In this document: one piece after another, positions 34,613-49,401 of the stretch
Numbering within the stretch: the stretch's first letter is position 1
Layout: every line of letters begins with the position of its first letter
NCBI RefSeq assembly: GCF_009914755.1
Contig: NC_060926.1
Reading direction: 5' to 3' (one strand)
DNA length: 64,000 nucleotides
Source of the DNA: the human T2T-CHM13v2.0 reference genome, Homo sapiens
Position numbers and translations under genes: made by a program
Notes under the pieces: generated by a model
The model's input: the letters and a program-made list of their open reading frames with translations, nothing else
Told to the model about the DNA's origin: nothing
Database searches by the model: none

Positions 34613-36559
34613 TCTCATATGGCACCAAACTAGATCGTTGTTGTCTTGATAACACAGCATTATCATTATAGCTGTAATACATAATGCTGTACCTCCTCTC
34701 CTAACCCTGGAAGTTGCAATTCATCCTTCAATGCTCAGCTCAAAGGATTATTGTCTCTAAAGTTTTAGCAAATGCTGAAGCAGAATTTCACCATTTAATG
34801 GGTTCACAAGCTGCTGCCTTTATAGCTTATGGTACATATGTTTGCCAATATAAATGATCCACTTGAGCTAAATTGCCACAGCTGCTACAACACCTCTTTA
34901 CCTATTTTTGGAGCAAAACTGAAAATCAGAAAAGTTTAACTTTTTCAAAATAATGAAAAATTTCTCTCCAATCCTCTCCATCATTATACATTAATAGGAA
35001 AAGAAAGGACAAAGACAAGGTTACAAATGTGAAAGGGTTATTTTTTTCTATTCTGATAGAAATAAGTTTAGAGCACCTGCATGAACAACTTGTATTGAAC
35101 AGCAATGCAAGGAACTGCATACCGAAAAGAAGAATCTCTTAGTGACAAGAACCGTGTTGACCATGCAACACTATTAGCAAGTTTATTTTCATTCTTTATG
35201 TAGATGTCAGGGATATGTAGCAAAAATACATTTTTAAGTGCAACAGAGTAGATGCTTGCAAAAACAGACTGTGATAACTATCTATTTGCAAAAGTCAGTA
35301 CAGATATGATTATCTCAGCATTAAATTGGCTGATGTAAAATGGAAATCATGAAAATTAAGTCACCACACAATAAAATGACAATAGGTTCCTAAATCAATC
35401 ATGAAAAATTTTCCCAATGAAGAAGGGACAACATAAAATTTTCCTTTGAGAAAGTCTCAGTAATATTTGCTTAATATGCTGATAGGCTTATCAAGCTTCT
35501 TGAAAAAAAACTGATTTACAATACAGTGGGGATTATTTTTTTTAAGTTGGAAGGGAAAGAAGGTTTGATGTAAGAGTGCTTTGAAATGTGGAGTTTTCCT
35601 AAGTATTACTCCCACAAGACCATAGTCTTGAAATTAAATTAGGCCTTTAGAATATCAGACAAAATAAATGGATTGTAATTTATTTCAATAGCTGAATGCT
35701 TACTATTTTTCAAAGGATTAATTGAGATATATAATTCTTTATATAAGTAAAAGAAATTTTCTAACTTTCAGAAACATCTAAACTTAGTTTTCCACTAAGT
35801 TGTCTCTAACTCAACCCTCTTTTCACTTTTTTTATTATTTTAGAGCAGTAACATTTACTTCTGGAAAATCATCCAAATAAAACCAATTTACTTTCATAAA
35901 ATCTAGACTTTTTGGATGTTAGAAGCATGATTTACCATCTCCTATTGGGACCTTATTCCAGAAATGATTTGCTCTTTCATTTGCTAATTGCATGACGATT
36001 AGAATCTGGACCCAAGACCTTTTTAATGCATATAATTAAATATTTCAAACTTCTTACACTTTTGATCTTCTGGTATCATATATTCAATTAATAGCATAAT
36101 TCACATTCCCCTACATACCATGAAACTACCTTTTTCCTGATTATATTAATGTATACTAAACATAAAAAAAGAAATTATATAAAATAATATTAGGACAATC
36201 ACTTGAAATTTTCCACCGAGGGACAACTAGTCAAAATATTTCAGTGACCTCTGATATAACACTATCTGTGCATAGATATATTCACTTATAAAACATTTCT
36301 ACATATGTGGTAATAATTACAAAAGTGAGCACAATTTTAAAAATAGCTTTCTCTTCACTCTTTAAACTTACCTCTTTATTTCTCTTCTGCTTTTCTATTT
36401 CCACATTTCTCATTTTCAATGGCCAGTATTTAGGGGCTTTGTGCTATCTTTCTACACTTTAAATTTTTTATATCAAATTTCATATGTACTTTTACAGTTT
36501 CAGAAGTCTTATTGTTTTTTACATGAGTGAGATCACAAGGTTTTATACTTAGTTTTAAA

Positions 36560-37383
36560 AAAATTTTCTCCTTCAACAAATATAACTGGAATCCCTGTGA
36601 GTCAACCAAAATAGTTTTAACTAACTCTTCATAATGGCTAGCTAAATGGAATTCTGTGGTAATACAAATTATTCTAAAATTCCAATATTTACACCCATTT
36701 TTTTTCACTCATGAAAGCACTGCAATAAGCAGCTTTTATAGATATTCTTAGGTACTATTAGGTGCTTTTCTTTTGGTGGAATGAAACCCCAGGAGTGAGA
36801 CTGCGGGTTGAAAGATATGTGGATTTTTTAAATAGATAACTGTCAGAATATTTTTATTAAAAACTTTAGTATTTCACATTCTTGAAGCACTGTATGTGAA
36901 TATCCTTTCTCCACATTCCCATTGGCAAGGGCTGGTTGGTTTTTGATAGCATGAAATTTGATTTTTGGCATGATATCATTTAGGAATACAATTTTATTTT
37001 CATTCCATAGGAATAAGCAAAATCCCATGACAGTTTATTGAAAAATATGTCAGTTCCCACTGATATACTGGGAAACATCAGTCTTATATCAAATGTCCAT
37101 ATGTGCATACATCTATTTTTGGACTTTATCTTTTGTTCTATTTGCCTACTCCAGGACCTACCCCATTATCATACAATAACTATTACTTGGCTTCTATCCA
37201 ACTGTGGTATCTGGTAGAACAAATCCCTACACCTATTCTTAATGATGATGTGGACTGATCCGGACTTTTCTTTTCCATATAAGTTTTAGTATTAGTTTGT
37301 TAATTCCACATAACCCAGTTTGGATATTTGTAGGAATTGTATGAAATATACATCAATTTTAGGAAAATTGGCCTTTTAATATA
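36560..37383 (-). mobile_element. Very old L1M (L1ME-like) remnant; continues in pieces to ~38900
   Basis: Degenerate antisense L1 motifs (cactgcaataagcagc, ttccatataagttttagtattagtttgt, aggaattgtatgaaatatacatcaattttagg). Confidence 0.5.
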
Positions 37384-37735
37384 CAGGCTTTTGGTATCCA
37401 CAGGGGAATGGTTTCATCTACCCACCACAACACTCCCCCACCTATGGATACTGAAATCCTAAATCCTCCGATGCTCAAGTCTCCTGTATAAAGTGGTGTA
37501 CTACTTGCATATAACCTACAGCAATTTCCCCATATACTTTAAGTAATCTCTAGTTTATCTTTATAATACCTACCACAATGTAAGTGCCAGGTAAATAGTT
37601 GTTACACTGTATTGGTTTTTTAAATTGTATTATTTTTCCTTGTTGGTGTTTTTTATTTTTATTTTTTCAAATGTTTTCTATTTGCAGTTGGTTGAATTCA
37701 TGGACGTAGAACCTACAGATACAGAGGAATAATTG
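37384..37735 (+). mobile_element. MER2
   Basis: ggtatccacaggggaatggtt...gatgctcaagtc...ttgcatataacctac...gttggttgaattcatggacgtagaacctacagatacagagg. Confidence 0.85.
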
Positions 37736-37789
37736 TGATAAGACATGTATCTTTTTTATTTTTCTACTTACTTAAAACTTCTTTAATAT

Positions 37790-38030
37790 CTTGTTTTAAA
37801 TTTCAGTCAGTTTCGGAGGAACAGATGCGTTTGGATACACGGATAAGTTCTTTAGTAGTGATTTCTGAGATTTTGGTGCACCCATTACCCAAGGGGTGCA
37901 CACTGTACTCAATGTGTCTTTTATCCCTCAACCCCTCCTACCCTTTCCCACGAGTCCCCAAAGTCCATTGTGTCATTCTTATGTCTTTGTGTCTTCATAG
38001 CTCAGCTTCTGCTTATAAGTGAAAACATAT
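37790..38030 (-). mobile_element. Short 5'-truncated L1PB-like element
   Basis: gataagttctttagtagtgatttctgagattttggtgcaccc...gagtccccaaagtccattg. 18-bp TSD ttaaaacttctttaatat (37772-37789 / 38033-38050). Confidence 0.85.
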
Positions 38031-38190
38031 AATTAAAACTTCTTTAATATATTTTAATAATGCTTTAAAATACTTCCCCGCAAAGGTCTACCACATATTT
38101 TGATAGACTTGTTACTATTATTTTATTGTAAATATTTTGCTTTATTTTGTCTTGTTGTTATTCTATATTTGTATTATGATGTGTTAAGCA

Positions 38191-38510
<320 letters not shown>

Positions 38511-39074
38511 GTTAAGCATTTTTTTTAAGTTCACCATGAATGTTTTTTTTTTAATGCATTTAAAGGATTGTGTGTTTCATTAATTCTAGTTAGTTATCAG
38601 ACAAAATATCTTCAGATACTGCCTTCCCCCATTTTACTGTATGGCTCTCTAGAACTTCCTTTTCATAGATACTGTTTTGTTTTAAAGGTTACTCTATCTT
38701 CCTTATGTCAACTTCATGCTTTTCCTTTTTTATCCCTCTGGAATAATATCTTCAGATTTATTTTACAATTAAATAATTTTATCTTCAAGCATGTTTTATC
38801 TGACATTTATCCTGTCTATGAAGTTTATAATTGTTCTTACTTTATTTTTCATTTCCAGAAGGGGTGTTTTGTTCTGTTTCAAGACTTTTTTACAGGATTT
38901 TAACAGAATTTTAATGCTTGTTTATTTTTAAAAAACAATTGAATAATCATTGTATACTTTCTATCTGGATTTAACATACCTGTAAAGCAAAAGTTAGCTT
39001 TGTGGTGATGGATTTGTGCTTTTTATAAAAGAAATGTTTCTGGATTCTTTTTTTCTTGAGCTATTTTAAATGCC

Positions 39075-40216
39075 TTTATTATTATTAATATTTATTATTA
39101 TTATTACCTGTGCAGAATGTGCAGGTTTGTTACATAGGTATACATGTGCCATGGTGGTTCACCGTACCCATCAGCCCATCATCTACATTGGGTATTTCTC
39201 CTAATGCTACCCCTCCCCTAACCCCCTACCCCTGACAGGCCCCAGTGTGTGATGTTCCCCTCCCTGTGTCCATGTGTTCTCATTGTACAACTCCCACTTA
39301 GGAGTGAGAAAATGCGGTGTTTGGTTTTCTGTTCTTGTGTTAGTTTGTTTAGAGTGATGGTTTCTAGCTTCATCCATGTCCCTGCAAAAGACATAAACTC
39401 ATCCTTTTTTGTGGCTGCATAGTATTTCATGATGTATATGTGCCATATTTTCTTTATCTAATCTATTATAGATGGGCATTTGGGTTGGTTCCAAGTCTTT
39501 GCTATTGTGAACAGTGCTGCAATAAACATACGTGTGCATGTGTCTTTATAGTAGAATGATTTATAATCCTTTGGGTATATGCTCAGTAATGGGATTCCTG
39601 GGTCAAATGGTATTTCTGGTTCTAGATCCTTGAGGAATTGCCACACTGTCTTCCACAATGGTTAAAATAACTTACACCTCCACCAGCAGTGTAAAAGTGT
39701 TCCTACTTCTCCTTATCCTCTCCAACATCTGTTGTTTCCTAACTTTTTAATGATCGCCATTCTAACTGGCTTGTGATGGTATCTCATTGTTATTTTGATT
39801 TGTATTTCTCTAATGACCAGTGATGATGAGCTTTTTATCATATGTTTTTGGCCACATAAATGTCTTCTTTTGAGAAGTGTCTGTTCCTATCCTTCGCCCA
39901 CTTTTTGATGCAGTTGTTTTTTCTTGTAAATTTGTTTAAGTTCTTTGTCGATTCTAGATATTAACCCTTTATCAGATAGATAGATTGTAAAAATTTTCTG
40001 TCATTCTGTAGGTTGCCTGATCACTCTGATGATAGTTTCTGTTGCTATGCAGAAGCTCTTTAGTTTAATTAGATCCCATTTGTCAGTTTTGGCTTTTGTT
40101 CCCATTGCTTTTGGTGTTTTAATCATGAAGTCTTTGCCCATGCCTATGTCCTGAATGGTATTGCCCAGGTTTTCTTCTAGGATTTTATGGTTTTAGGTCT
40201 TACGTTTAAGTCTTTA
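39075..40216 (-). mobile_element. 5'-truncated L1PA7-like element
   Basis: gtgcagaatgtgcaggtttgttacataggtata...catctacattgggtatttctcc; ORFs 39218-39430 and 39458-39658 are ORF2 C-terminal pieces. Confidence 0.88.
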
Positions 40217-41694
40217 TTTCAGGGATCATTTCTATAGTTGGTTACTATTTCTGGATTCTTAAGGCTTTATGAACTTTCAACTCTGCCCTGATTTGAAATA
40301 ATGTTTTTAAAGCGGTTAACACAGCATTTTTAGTTGTCCTCTTTCAAGAATGTTTTTCTGGACATATAGTCTACCAAACTGCTGGTAAGAAGAGCTGGAA
40401 TTTTAAACACTGAAATCATAGATTTTAATTTCAGAAAATATGATTCACGCTGAAGTATTTTTCCTTCTTCCTTTGGTAAGTTTTATCTTATGTGAGATCC
40501 ATCTTCTCTGATAGCTTGATTTCTCTAGAAGCTTGCTGTTTCTAAATAATATGCATATTTTTATACACTAATTTCTCTATTCTCCTAAGAGCATTTTTAA
40601 ATTCCTTGGCCAGCCTGTGACTCTATATCGCATAGATTTCAGGTAAGGCTGTTAAGGTCTTTCAAGTAGATATTCCACAAATTGTGGTAGATACAATGGC
40701 TTCTAGTTCTTAAAAGTTACTTGTACACAATTACCAACGCGTCTCTTCTCAAATAAAACAAGAAGAAGAAGTTTCTGGTCTGAGTTCTTCATGGCAGCAG
40801 TTTACGTTATTGGATCTCAGGAATAGGCAAATATTCAGTTCACCTGTGCACCTTCATCAACGCTCTTCTCAAGCCAGAGAGATTCAATACCTTTTACCTT
40901 TCCTCTTCTTTGTACTTGAGTCTTGAAGTAAAAGCTGTCTACAAAGAAGTTTGTCTTTCATTAAAATTGGTCTCCTAGTAATGGTCAGGCTCAATCAGGG
41001 GGAAGTACTACATGTGACCAATTCTTTTTGCCTAGGGTGATTTATAAAATTCACAACTCTCTAGAACTTGTCTTCCAAACTGCCCACTTAATGTTCCACT
41101 CAGAAGCGGAACTGGAATAAAAATAGTAGAAGGCATTACACATATGTTTGGGCTACCATGTCCCCAGAATACCTTCTCACTGATTTGTCAGATTAATTAT
41201 TGAGTTTCCTGCAAAATTAAACTGCTATTTGTATAAAGACTCCATTAATCTCTTTTTAAAAAGTCCCTTGTTCAATCTAAAAAAATTTTTCATTATTCAT
41301 TTACTTTTCAATATTTTAATTTTGTTGACCACCTGGTTGAAAATGTTTCTGCTCATCCAGCTGTTATTTCTAATTACTTTTCTTCAAAAAAATTCAATCA
41401 CTAACTGAGTCTGCTGAAAAAACAGAATTATTGTTCCTTAGGATATAATCAGCTACATCTTCCTTGTCACCTGAGCTCATTTTCACCTGTATGAGCCATC
41501 TGTGATTTCAGCCACAGTTGGGTTTATTATTACAATTATGAGCTGATGTCATAAGAAAAGGAAATCGATTTAGCTGGAGTAGATAGACTCTTCTTAAAAA
41601 ATTATTTAAGAAAATACATTTAGAAATATAAGAAGGACATTGAAAGATTGTACTAAACAAGTCATTATATCTAAATTTTAAACATTCTTCTATA

Positions 41695-41912
41695 AAGGAG
41701 CAGTAGAACACAATACTTAAAAGCACTAAGCCACACTGCTTAGGTTCAAATATTTTTCTTAAAAAAAACTATTTATTGGCTTTGTAATCTTGAATGAATT
41801 ATTTAATTGCCACTGCCTCAATTTTATATGTATAAAGTAAGAATAATAGCCTTTACCTATTTCATAGGGTTGTCATATACGAGAAAGCACTATTTAAATA
41901 TAATTATTATTA
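41695..41912 (+). mobile_element. MIR SINE
   Basis: gcttaggttcaaat...tgtaatcttgaatgaattatttaa...tgcctcaatttt...tcatagggttgt. Confidence 0.6.
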
Positions 41913-42034
41913 GGGAAATGAGCTGTATTGAAATGAGTTTATTTCAGAATCCATTAAAGGAAATAGAATAATTCAATATAGGGAGTCAGTATAGAGCAAG
42001 ATTCACCTGCCTTGACATACTGACATCATAACAT

Positions 42035-42175
42035 AGTAGCAATGAAACCTTGGGAAAGCAAGCCTATTAATTCCTCTGTTCCTAAATTATTTCCTTTGTA
42101 AAATTGGGATAATAGTACCATCCTAATAGGATTGTTTTCAATATTAGAACCATGAATGTACTATTAGTGCTGTGC
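42035..42175 (+). mobile_element. MIR fragment
   Basis: ttcctttgtaaaattgggataatagtaccatcctaataggattgtt (MIR core). Confidence 0.6.
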
Positions 42176-42449
42176 AACCCAGTACAAAATAGCTTTTGAC
42201 TAAGTTTGATCTGTATTTATTTGTTACAGTCCTTGTTAAAACTGCGTGGGTAAAATATGAATATAAAAATGCCCACTCCCTTAATATGATCCCACAAAAA
42301 TGAATCAAATAAAACAGGAGAAAGTTTTACTTCCATGATTTCTGACGTGAAATGAAATTGTTAAGAAAATACTAATTCTTGAATAAGGTAGTTCAATACC
42401 TTTAATGCTTCTTCACTTACTCTAAATCATGTTTTTTTAATTTCTGAAT

Positions 42450-42530
42450 GAGAGGAGAGAGAGAGAGAGGAAAGGAAAGAGAGAGAGAGAGACAAAGAAA
42501 GAAAGAAAAAGAAAGAAAGAAAGAAAGAAA

Positions 42531-42563
<33 letters not shown>

Positions 42564-42670
42564 GAAAGAAAGAAGAAAAGAATAAGGAAGGAAGGAGGGA
42601 AGAAGAAGGAAGAAAGAAAAGGAAAGGAAGGAAAGAAAGAGAGGGAGATACGGAGAGGGCGAGGGAGAAA
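42450..42670. repeat. Complex (GAAA)n/(GGAA)n/(GA)n polypurine repeat
   Basis: ~220 bp almost purely A/G with several GAAA runs. Confidence 0.95.
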
Positions 42671-43453
42671 GTAAGAAAATAGATTTATATTCATTACACC
42701 ATTTTTTTTTTTACAGTAAGACACTGGAAGCTAATTATATGTCCATCAATAGAAGAAAATAATTCATTACCCCATTTTTGTTACCGTAAGAAGAAACTGG
42801 AAACTACTTAAATATCCATCAACAGCATACAGGGAATTGGTTACATATATAATGATGCATGGTAAATACTCAGCTTTACTCAAATATTGTGACTGAGGAT
42901 ACAGTGTCAATCCAGTAATTAGAATGTGCAGCACCAGCTCAAGCATGATTTGAACTGGAATTTTGTAGTGGGAAAGGGAGAGATAGAGGATGCCTCCTTC
43001 TCCTGATTTCCTCTCTCCCTTTTCCAGCTGCTAGCAGGCTGGTTCTCTCCCAAGGAGCTTTCACAGGTATTTGGATGTTCCCTTGACCAAGCAAATTATT
43101 ACAAATGATGCACTGAGCTACTTCCTTAGATCCTGGGCATCCGATAACACATCTCCAACCTCTAATTTTTTTATCTAAGAGTTTCTTGTCTTTTTGCTAG
43201 TTTTACTGGACACTCAAAATGGCCCCTTCACTCCTCTATAGTTCATGTCTGGTTCCAGTAAAGAAAATCACACATCTCTTGATTCAACAAAATGTCAGAG
43301 TACCAAACAGAAACATTACAGCAAATAGTCACCTCTTCTCTGTTCACGGTTCACTGTCTATTTTAGCTCTCTTGGGAATGGATCTGGCACCAGTCCTCTG
43401 TGTTTTCCAGCTATGTGGACTGTATTTCACAGCTTTCTAATGGTCTCAAGGGG

Positions 43454-43670
43454 CTTGGGGCTTCTTAACCACAGCATTATTGATATTTTAGCTGGAAAAT
43501 TCTTTGTTGTCACGGACTGTCCTATATGTTGTAGGATGGTTAGCAGTACCCTTAGTTTTTACTTACTAGATTCCATGAGCACTTTCTTAATTGTGAAAAC
43601 TGAAAATGTCTCCAAACATTGCCAAATATCTTGTGGACAGTAAAACTGCCCACAAGTTAAGACCGCCTGG
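43454..43670 (+). mobile_element. MER20 (hAT-Charlie)
   Basis: cagcattattgatatttt...ctgtcctatatgttgtaggatggttagcag...aaaatgtctccaaacattgccaaat. Confidence 0.85.
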
Positions 43671-43738
43671 TTAGAAGGTAGCATCCTGCTGTGCCCATAG
43701 GAAGAAAATTCAGTGAGACAGCAGAGTAGCAATTCTCC

Positions 43739-44134
43739 AGATACAGTTTGGATCTGTGCCTTGCCCAAATCTTATGTAGAATTATAATCCTCAGTGTTGG
43801 AGGTGGTGCCTGGTGGGAGCTGATTGGATCATGGGGGCAGATTTCCCCCTTTGGTGCTGCTCTAGTGAAAGAGTTCTTGCAATATATGGTTGTTTAGAAG
43901 TATGCAACACCTCTAACCTAGCTCTCTCTTCCTTCTGCTCTGGTGGCCAGGTAAGATGTGCCTGCTTCTCCTTCTCTTTCTGCCATGATGGGAAGCATCC
44001 TCAGGCCTCCTCAGAAGCAGAAGCTTATGCTTCCTGAACAGCCTGCAAAGCCATGAGCCACTTAAACCCCTTTTCTTTAAAAATTACCCACTCTCAGGCA
44101 TTTCTTTATAGCAACCTGAGAAGGGACTAATACA
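43739..44134 (+). mobile_element. MSTA-like MaLR solo LTR
   Basis: gatacagtttggatctgtg...ttggaggtggtgcctggtgggag...tttctttatagcaa...gactaataca. 5-bp TSD tctcc (43734-43738 / 44135-44139). Confidence 0.9.
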
Positions 44135-44484
44135 TCTCCTTAAGTAAGTCTCTCTAGCAACCTCTTCTCTCCTGTTCTCTTCACCATTTTATCTTCCAAG
44201 TGGAGCAGGCTTTTAAAAATCATGGAACATATTTATCTAATTACTACTGAAATTCAGGTGTGCTTCACACTTATTTAGATACCATCATATCAATGGAAGC
44301 AGGAGGAGTCTAACATTCTATATTATGTACAATATATATGTGTTTGTATGTATCTCAATAGATTAATTTTTAAATATTTCCTAAATAAATGACATAGAGC
44401 CATATTTACCTACATGGAAAGGTATATAAGAAATACTTTAATCAAAAAAAAATCAGAATTTAAACATTAATTATATGAGCCACT

Positions 44485-44680
44485 TTTAAAATTTTTATTG
44501 TTTTAATTGACAAGTAAAAATTGTGTAGGTTTATGGTATAGAACATGATGTTTCCATATGTGCACACAGTGTGGAATGGCTAAATTAAGCTATTTAATAA
44601 ATTCAAGACCACACATACTTAACAATTTTTGTGTTGAGAATACTTAAAATCTACTCTCTTAGCAATGTTCAAGTATACAT
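44485..44680 (-). mobile_element. L1MA-like 3' end fragment
   Basis: ttttaattgacaagtaaaaattgtg...gtggaatggctaaattaagcta...gagaatacttaaaatctactctcttagcaat. Confidence 0.75.
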
Positions 44681-47309
44681 TTTAATGAAAATAGTAATTT
44701 GCTTTTTTAAAGGAATATATATCCATACTTACAGATATACATATGACTTGGAGTAATAGAGAGAAAATATTAATAATTTTTTCCAGGGCAGTTTAATATT
44801 TATATAATGTAATTACTAATGCTATTCAAAAATAAATATTTAAATGTAGTAATTTACTGCCTTAAAAATCCCCAAAATGTATTTATGAAATAATATGGGT
44901 GGTTGTTATTTCCCAGAATTAAAAATCAGAAGGGAAACTTGAGAAATGTCTAGTGACTATGGTTCAGTTGAGAAAGCATAGGAGAAAGAGGTCAATAGGT
45001 TATCAGTAAATAGATGTATTCGTTATATCCATACACCACTTACAAGACATTTATAAGAACAACTGAATTCTAAGGAAAGCTTGTTGAAGGTTTCAAATAA
45101 GTGGCATTAATATTTAAAAGAACAAAAAATTTTAAATTTTATTTTTAACGGACAAGCAGTATGAAAAAATCGTGAATCCAGGCTGTAAAAAGCACTGAAG
45201 TTAAAACTAGAAAGAATAATATCATCAAACAATATAAAACAAGAAGCCACTTCCTAATAATTGTCAATAAATTTACAATTCCATATCTTTGTTAAAATCA
45301 TATTTGAAATGAAATCATGTTACATTTTAAAATGCAGTGTTTTATGCAATTTTCAATAAATACTTCCTACCTCATTTATTAAGTTTATTTATTTCTTCAA
45401 CTTTTAAATAAACTTTTCTATGACCTTTGGCACACACATTCTATCTACCTATTTGTATTTTTCCTGATTTCTACTCTGGGCTATAATATAGGAAATAAAT
45501 CAATAGATTTCATTTTGCCAAATGTCAATTTTTAAGTTTGGAGAACTCGTTATTAAATTCTCATCTGCTTACACTTCAGCACCCAGTGGATTTCATCTCT
45601 TTTCGTCCTTCAACTAATATGTATTATTTCTGCTTATGTCTTTCTAGACTTCCTTGCTTAGGGTTTACCACTCCTCTCTTTCTTTCTCTATACCCATTGG
45701 ATTTATGCATACTTCTATGAAATGCTCATGAAAATATCACTTTCACTAATAAGTGAACTCATTCAGAGGAAGAACCTGGAGATACCTCAAGGCAAAGTTT
45801 GGAGTTTTAGGAACATTCTGGTTTAAGGCTACTGTATGAACTTTAGCGCCTGAAAGATGAATTTTAATTTTACTGTTCTTTATTAGTATAAAGAAACTAA
45901 TATTTGTATGTATACTTTCATCTTTCCCATAGCAAATCACTTTCTCTATTTGCTTATTCTCTTGTCTCAATACCTCTGTTTGGTGATGATAAATTCTCTA
46001 GTTTTTCAATATCTCTTTAATCTCCCTCAATTAATTTTCTATTTTAAATTTCTGGGAGAGAAAACTGATTTGTCTCACTCTTTTGTTGTTGTTGTTGTTA
46101 TGTCCCATTAGTTACAGGTCAGTGGGCTATCCATAGATGATATTCTTTGTAGTAGGTTACCACCCTTTATCCAATTAGAGTGCTTAGAATGGAGGCAGTA
46201 TTGTACACTACAGAATATTGCTTTCTCGGTTACCACTGACTATTTCTTTGCCAATATTTTAAGGTAAAGGAAGTTTTACAGGCAATGAATGAAAACTCCT
46301 GTGAAACATGATCTAAAAGGTTTTATAAATATTGCTAATTTCCAAGATCCCACATCAGTGTTAATAATCTATTTTCAATTTCTAATCTTTAAAACAAAGA
46401 TAACCTGCATGAATTTTATAGCGCCCCATGAGACGTCCCATTTTTGTGTCTTTGTATTCTTATCTCTAGCTCTAGGACAACTACTCAATCAGAGGTATTT
46501 TTTTAAGTTCTAGATGTTTCAGCTTCTTTGTCAGCAATGCTGAGTCATAAAGAATTAAACAAAATGGAGTAGTGTTGTAAATGCACACAAAAAAATCAAT
46601 ATTGCTGAATTGAGGAGAAGAAATCAATAAAGGAAGGTATGTTATTGTCAAACTTCTAAAAGGATTTTGCAAACAGTGGAGAGTAGACAAAATTCCTAAA
46701 ACATATATCAGCTCAACTGTCCTTTAGTATATTACACTAAGGAAGTAGAAAAGGTAAATAAACAAACAAATGACATTGTGAATGTATATTAAGGAGATTA
46801 AATGTAAGCTAAAGAGCCCCAAGTGTGGTTTTTGAAAAAGATGGTTCTTAAAGACTAATATCTCTCTCAAAGTAGATTTATTTTTGTTAGTTGTTTGGTG
46901 TTGTTTGAGTGATGTATGTATTTTGTCTTTGTTCTTGACCTCTGAGAAAAGAACATTTTTATATGGATATATTATGCCCTTTTGTTCAATAAAAAATACC
47001 ATGAGTCAAGATGTCCTTACACAGCTTAAGATGTCATATTAACTCTTGATAGATGCAGGCCTTCCAAGAAGCTGATACACTCTCATCAATACAAGATGTC
47101 AAATTCATGATAAATAGCCTTTTAAAAATGAGATTTGGCTTAAAAAAATTGATAAAGAGCCATAACATTTAACCATCATAAAAATGAATCTGCCTTGACA
47201 TTTATTTCATAAATTAAGATGTTTTAAAGTTCTATGAGGCCAAAGGCTAATACTTAGTAATATAATTCCCCTGTTCTCTAGACACAATAAAACACCTGCT
47301 ATCAAATTC

Positions 47310-47540
47310 CTAATACTAATGCTGCTTAGTATTTTACAGTGTTTTCTGTTTTTCAAAGAAATTTTTCAAATATACTTGGTTTTATCCTCACAGCAACCCT
47401 GTGACATAAGTAAAGACATACTGGGCCTATTTTACAGATGAAGAAATAGTGATGCAGAAAGAAATAAATGGTTTAACCAAAGTTACAAAACAAGTTGGGA
47501 ATTGTAATTCCACTTACTGATTCTTCTAGAAGTGCTTTTC
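47310..47540 (-). mobile_element. MIR SINE
   Basis: atcctcacagcaaccctgtga...attttacagatgaagaaa...aaccaaagttaca. Confidence 0.65.
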
Positions 47541-47829
47541 CTGTTCTTCTATACATATTCTCCATGGGAGGAATAACTGTCCTGCTTCCATATGGAATAA
47601 TAAAAAGTAATTCAATTTAGAAATAAAGACTGCTACTGCACTGATGTCTAGACTAACAGACTATTATTGTATTGTCTGAGGCAATATTTAGGACAGCATA
47701 AGGAAATAAAAAATACCAATATGTTTCTAGCATTTTAGAAGGTACCACATACCTATTAAGTACAGTTGTTTAAATAGAGCATTAGTAGAATAGAATCCTG
47801 AAATGCCATAGATGGGTAGGAATACTGAG

Positions 47830-47975
47830 AGCAAACACTTATAGCACATTTACTGTGTGCCTAACATGGTTGTGTTTGATCCTATGAGTTATAAATTATG
47901 CATCATTTTTAATTTTACAGTAGAGGAAACTGAGTTATTGAAAGGTAATGATTTGTTCCAGACCACATAGCTCAT
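47830..47975 (-). mobile_element. MIR fragment
   Basis: atagcacatttactgtgtgcc...attttacagtagaggaaactgag...gaccacatagct. Confidence 0.6.
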
Positions 47976-49401
47976 TCATATTTTCAGTAGCAAATAACTA
48001 TGAAAGGCAGTATTCAGTTTCTCAGTAAAGGTATGTTTCCCATGAAATGATCTGAATGATTTGCTAGAAAGTGGTAGTGAGTCAAGATTAAAATAGCCTG
48101 GTTATTTTACACAGGATGATATTTGGAGATACAAAAACATAGGAAGCTACAGCAAAGATGTTCTCTTATTCTGTCAATGAACCTTTTATGAAATGTAAGA
48201 AATGACGGCTGGATGTCAGAAAACTAACAAGAATTACTGAGCTAAATATGTGATTTTGATTAGAAAATATTAAAGTGCTCATCAGAAATGGTTTTTTATA
48301 AAAATGACTAAACATGCCAGTCAAATGTTATTTGTTATACTAAGACACTGCTGAACCTCAAAACAAAAATAATGACTCAACTGCCTAGACAAGTATTTGA
48401 ATAAAAATCGTTCAGTTTTATATTGTAAAAATAAACTGTATACCTAATAATAATCATTTTTAAAGCATTAAACTAGGGTAGCAAGTTCAAGTACTCCTTT
48501 AGAGATGGAAAAACACATTAGTTTTGAGAGTGAAATCTAGAATCAGATCAGACTCCTTATCTTCTAAATCCAGTGTTTTCTCTCATGTTTCCCCCAAAGA
48601 GTGAGGATGTTATGAAGAAAATGTGTGAGGAAAAAATAATGTTTGAATTTGGGGAATATTTTTCTTGATTTTTTCTTCTATTCTTTCAGAAACACAAATC
48701 TATCATGAGCCAGTGACATGTTTTCTATATGTAATTTAAAACATGTTATGTTATAATTCAGTTTGTTTAATTGTATCATGAATTTTATTTGGTGGGTGAA
48801 TTAATTACTTTTCTAACTTATTTATGATGTTTTCTACATATTTTATCATGATGTTTCCATTAGTCCCACTTTGGGATAACTTCCAAACTTCTGTAACTTT
48901 TGATAACTTTGTGCCTCAGCAACATTAGACTCACTTATATAAATTTAATTACTGTAAACCTTGGAAATTCTAAACCACATGCCATGGGGATTCAGGAGGC
49001 AGTCATGCAAAAAAATAGATTATTTTAAAGCAAATAGACTTTAGAACATTCCAGTCTACATTGTAACATTCAGCTCAGTTTGAAAAAAATATGTCAAATT
49101 CATAGTATCTATCATGCTTACTCTACAATGTTTGTTCCCAGTATCATTGCATTGTTACCTTAATAGTTACAAAAAAAATTGCAACATTTGACGTTTCGAA
49201 TTCAGTAATAATTTACACTGAAACTGAAACATACATTACAAGTAAGTGTGCATTGAACATACTTGAGCAGAATGGATATATTAAAAGCATATGTTAAATG
49301 TACAACGTAAATATTTTATATTTTGTTTCAGATTGCTTTCAATTATAGAGCAACAGATTCATGCATAAGCTCATTTTATCATTTTCTACAGAACTATGAG
49401 G

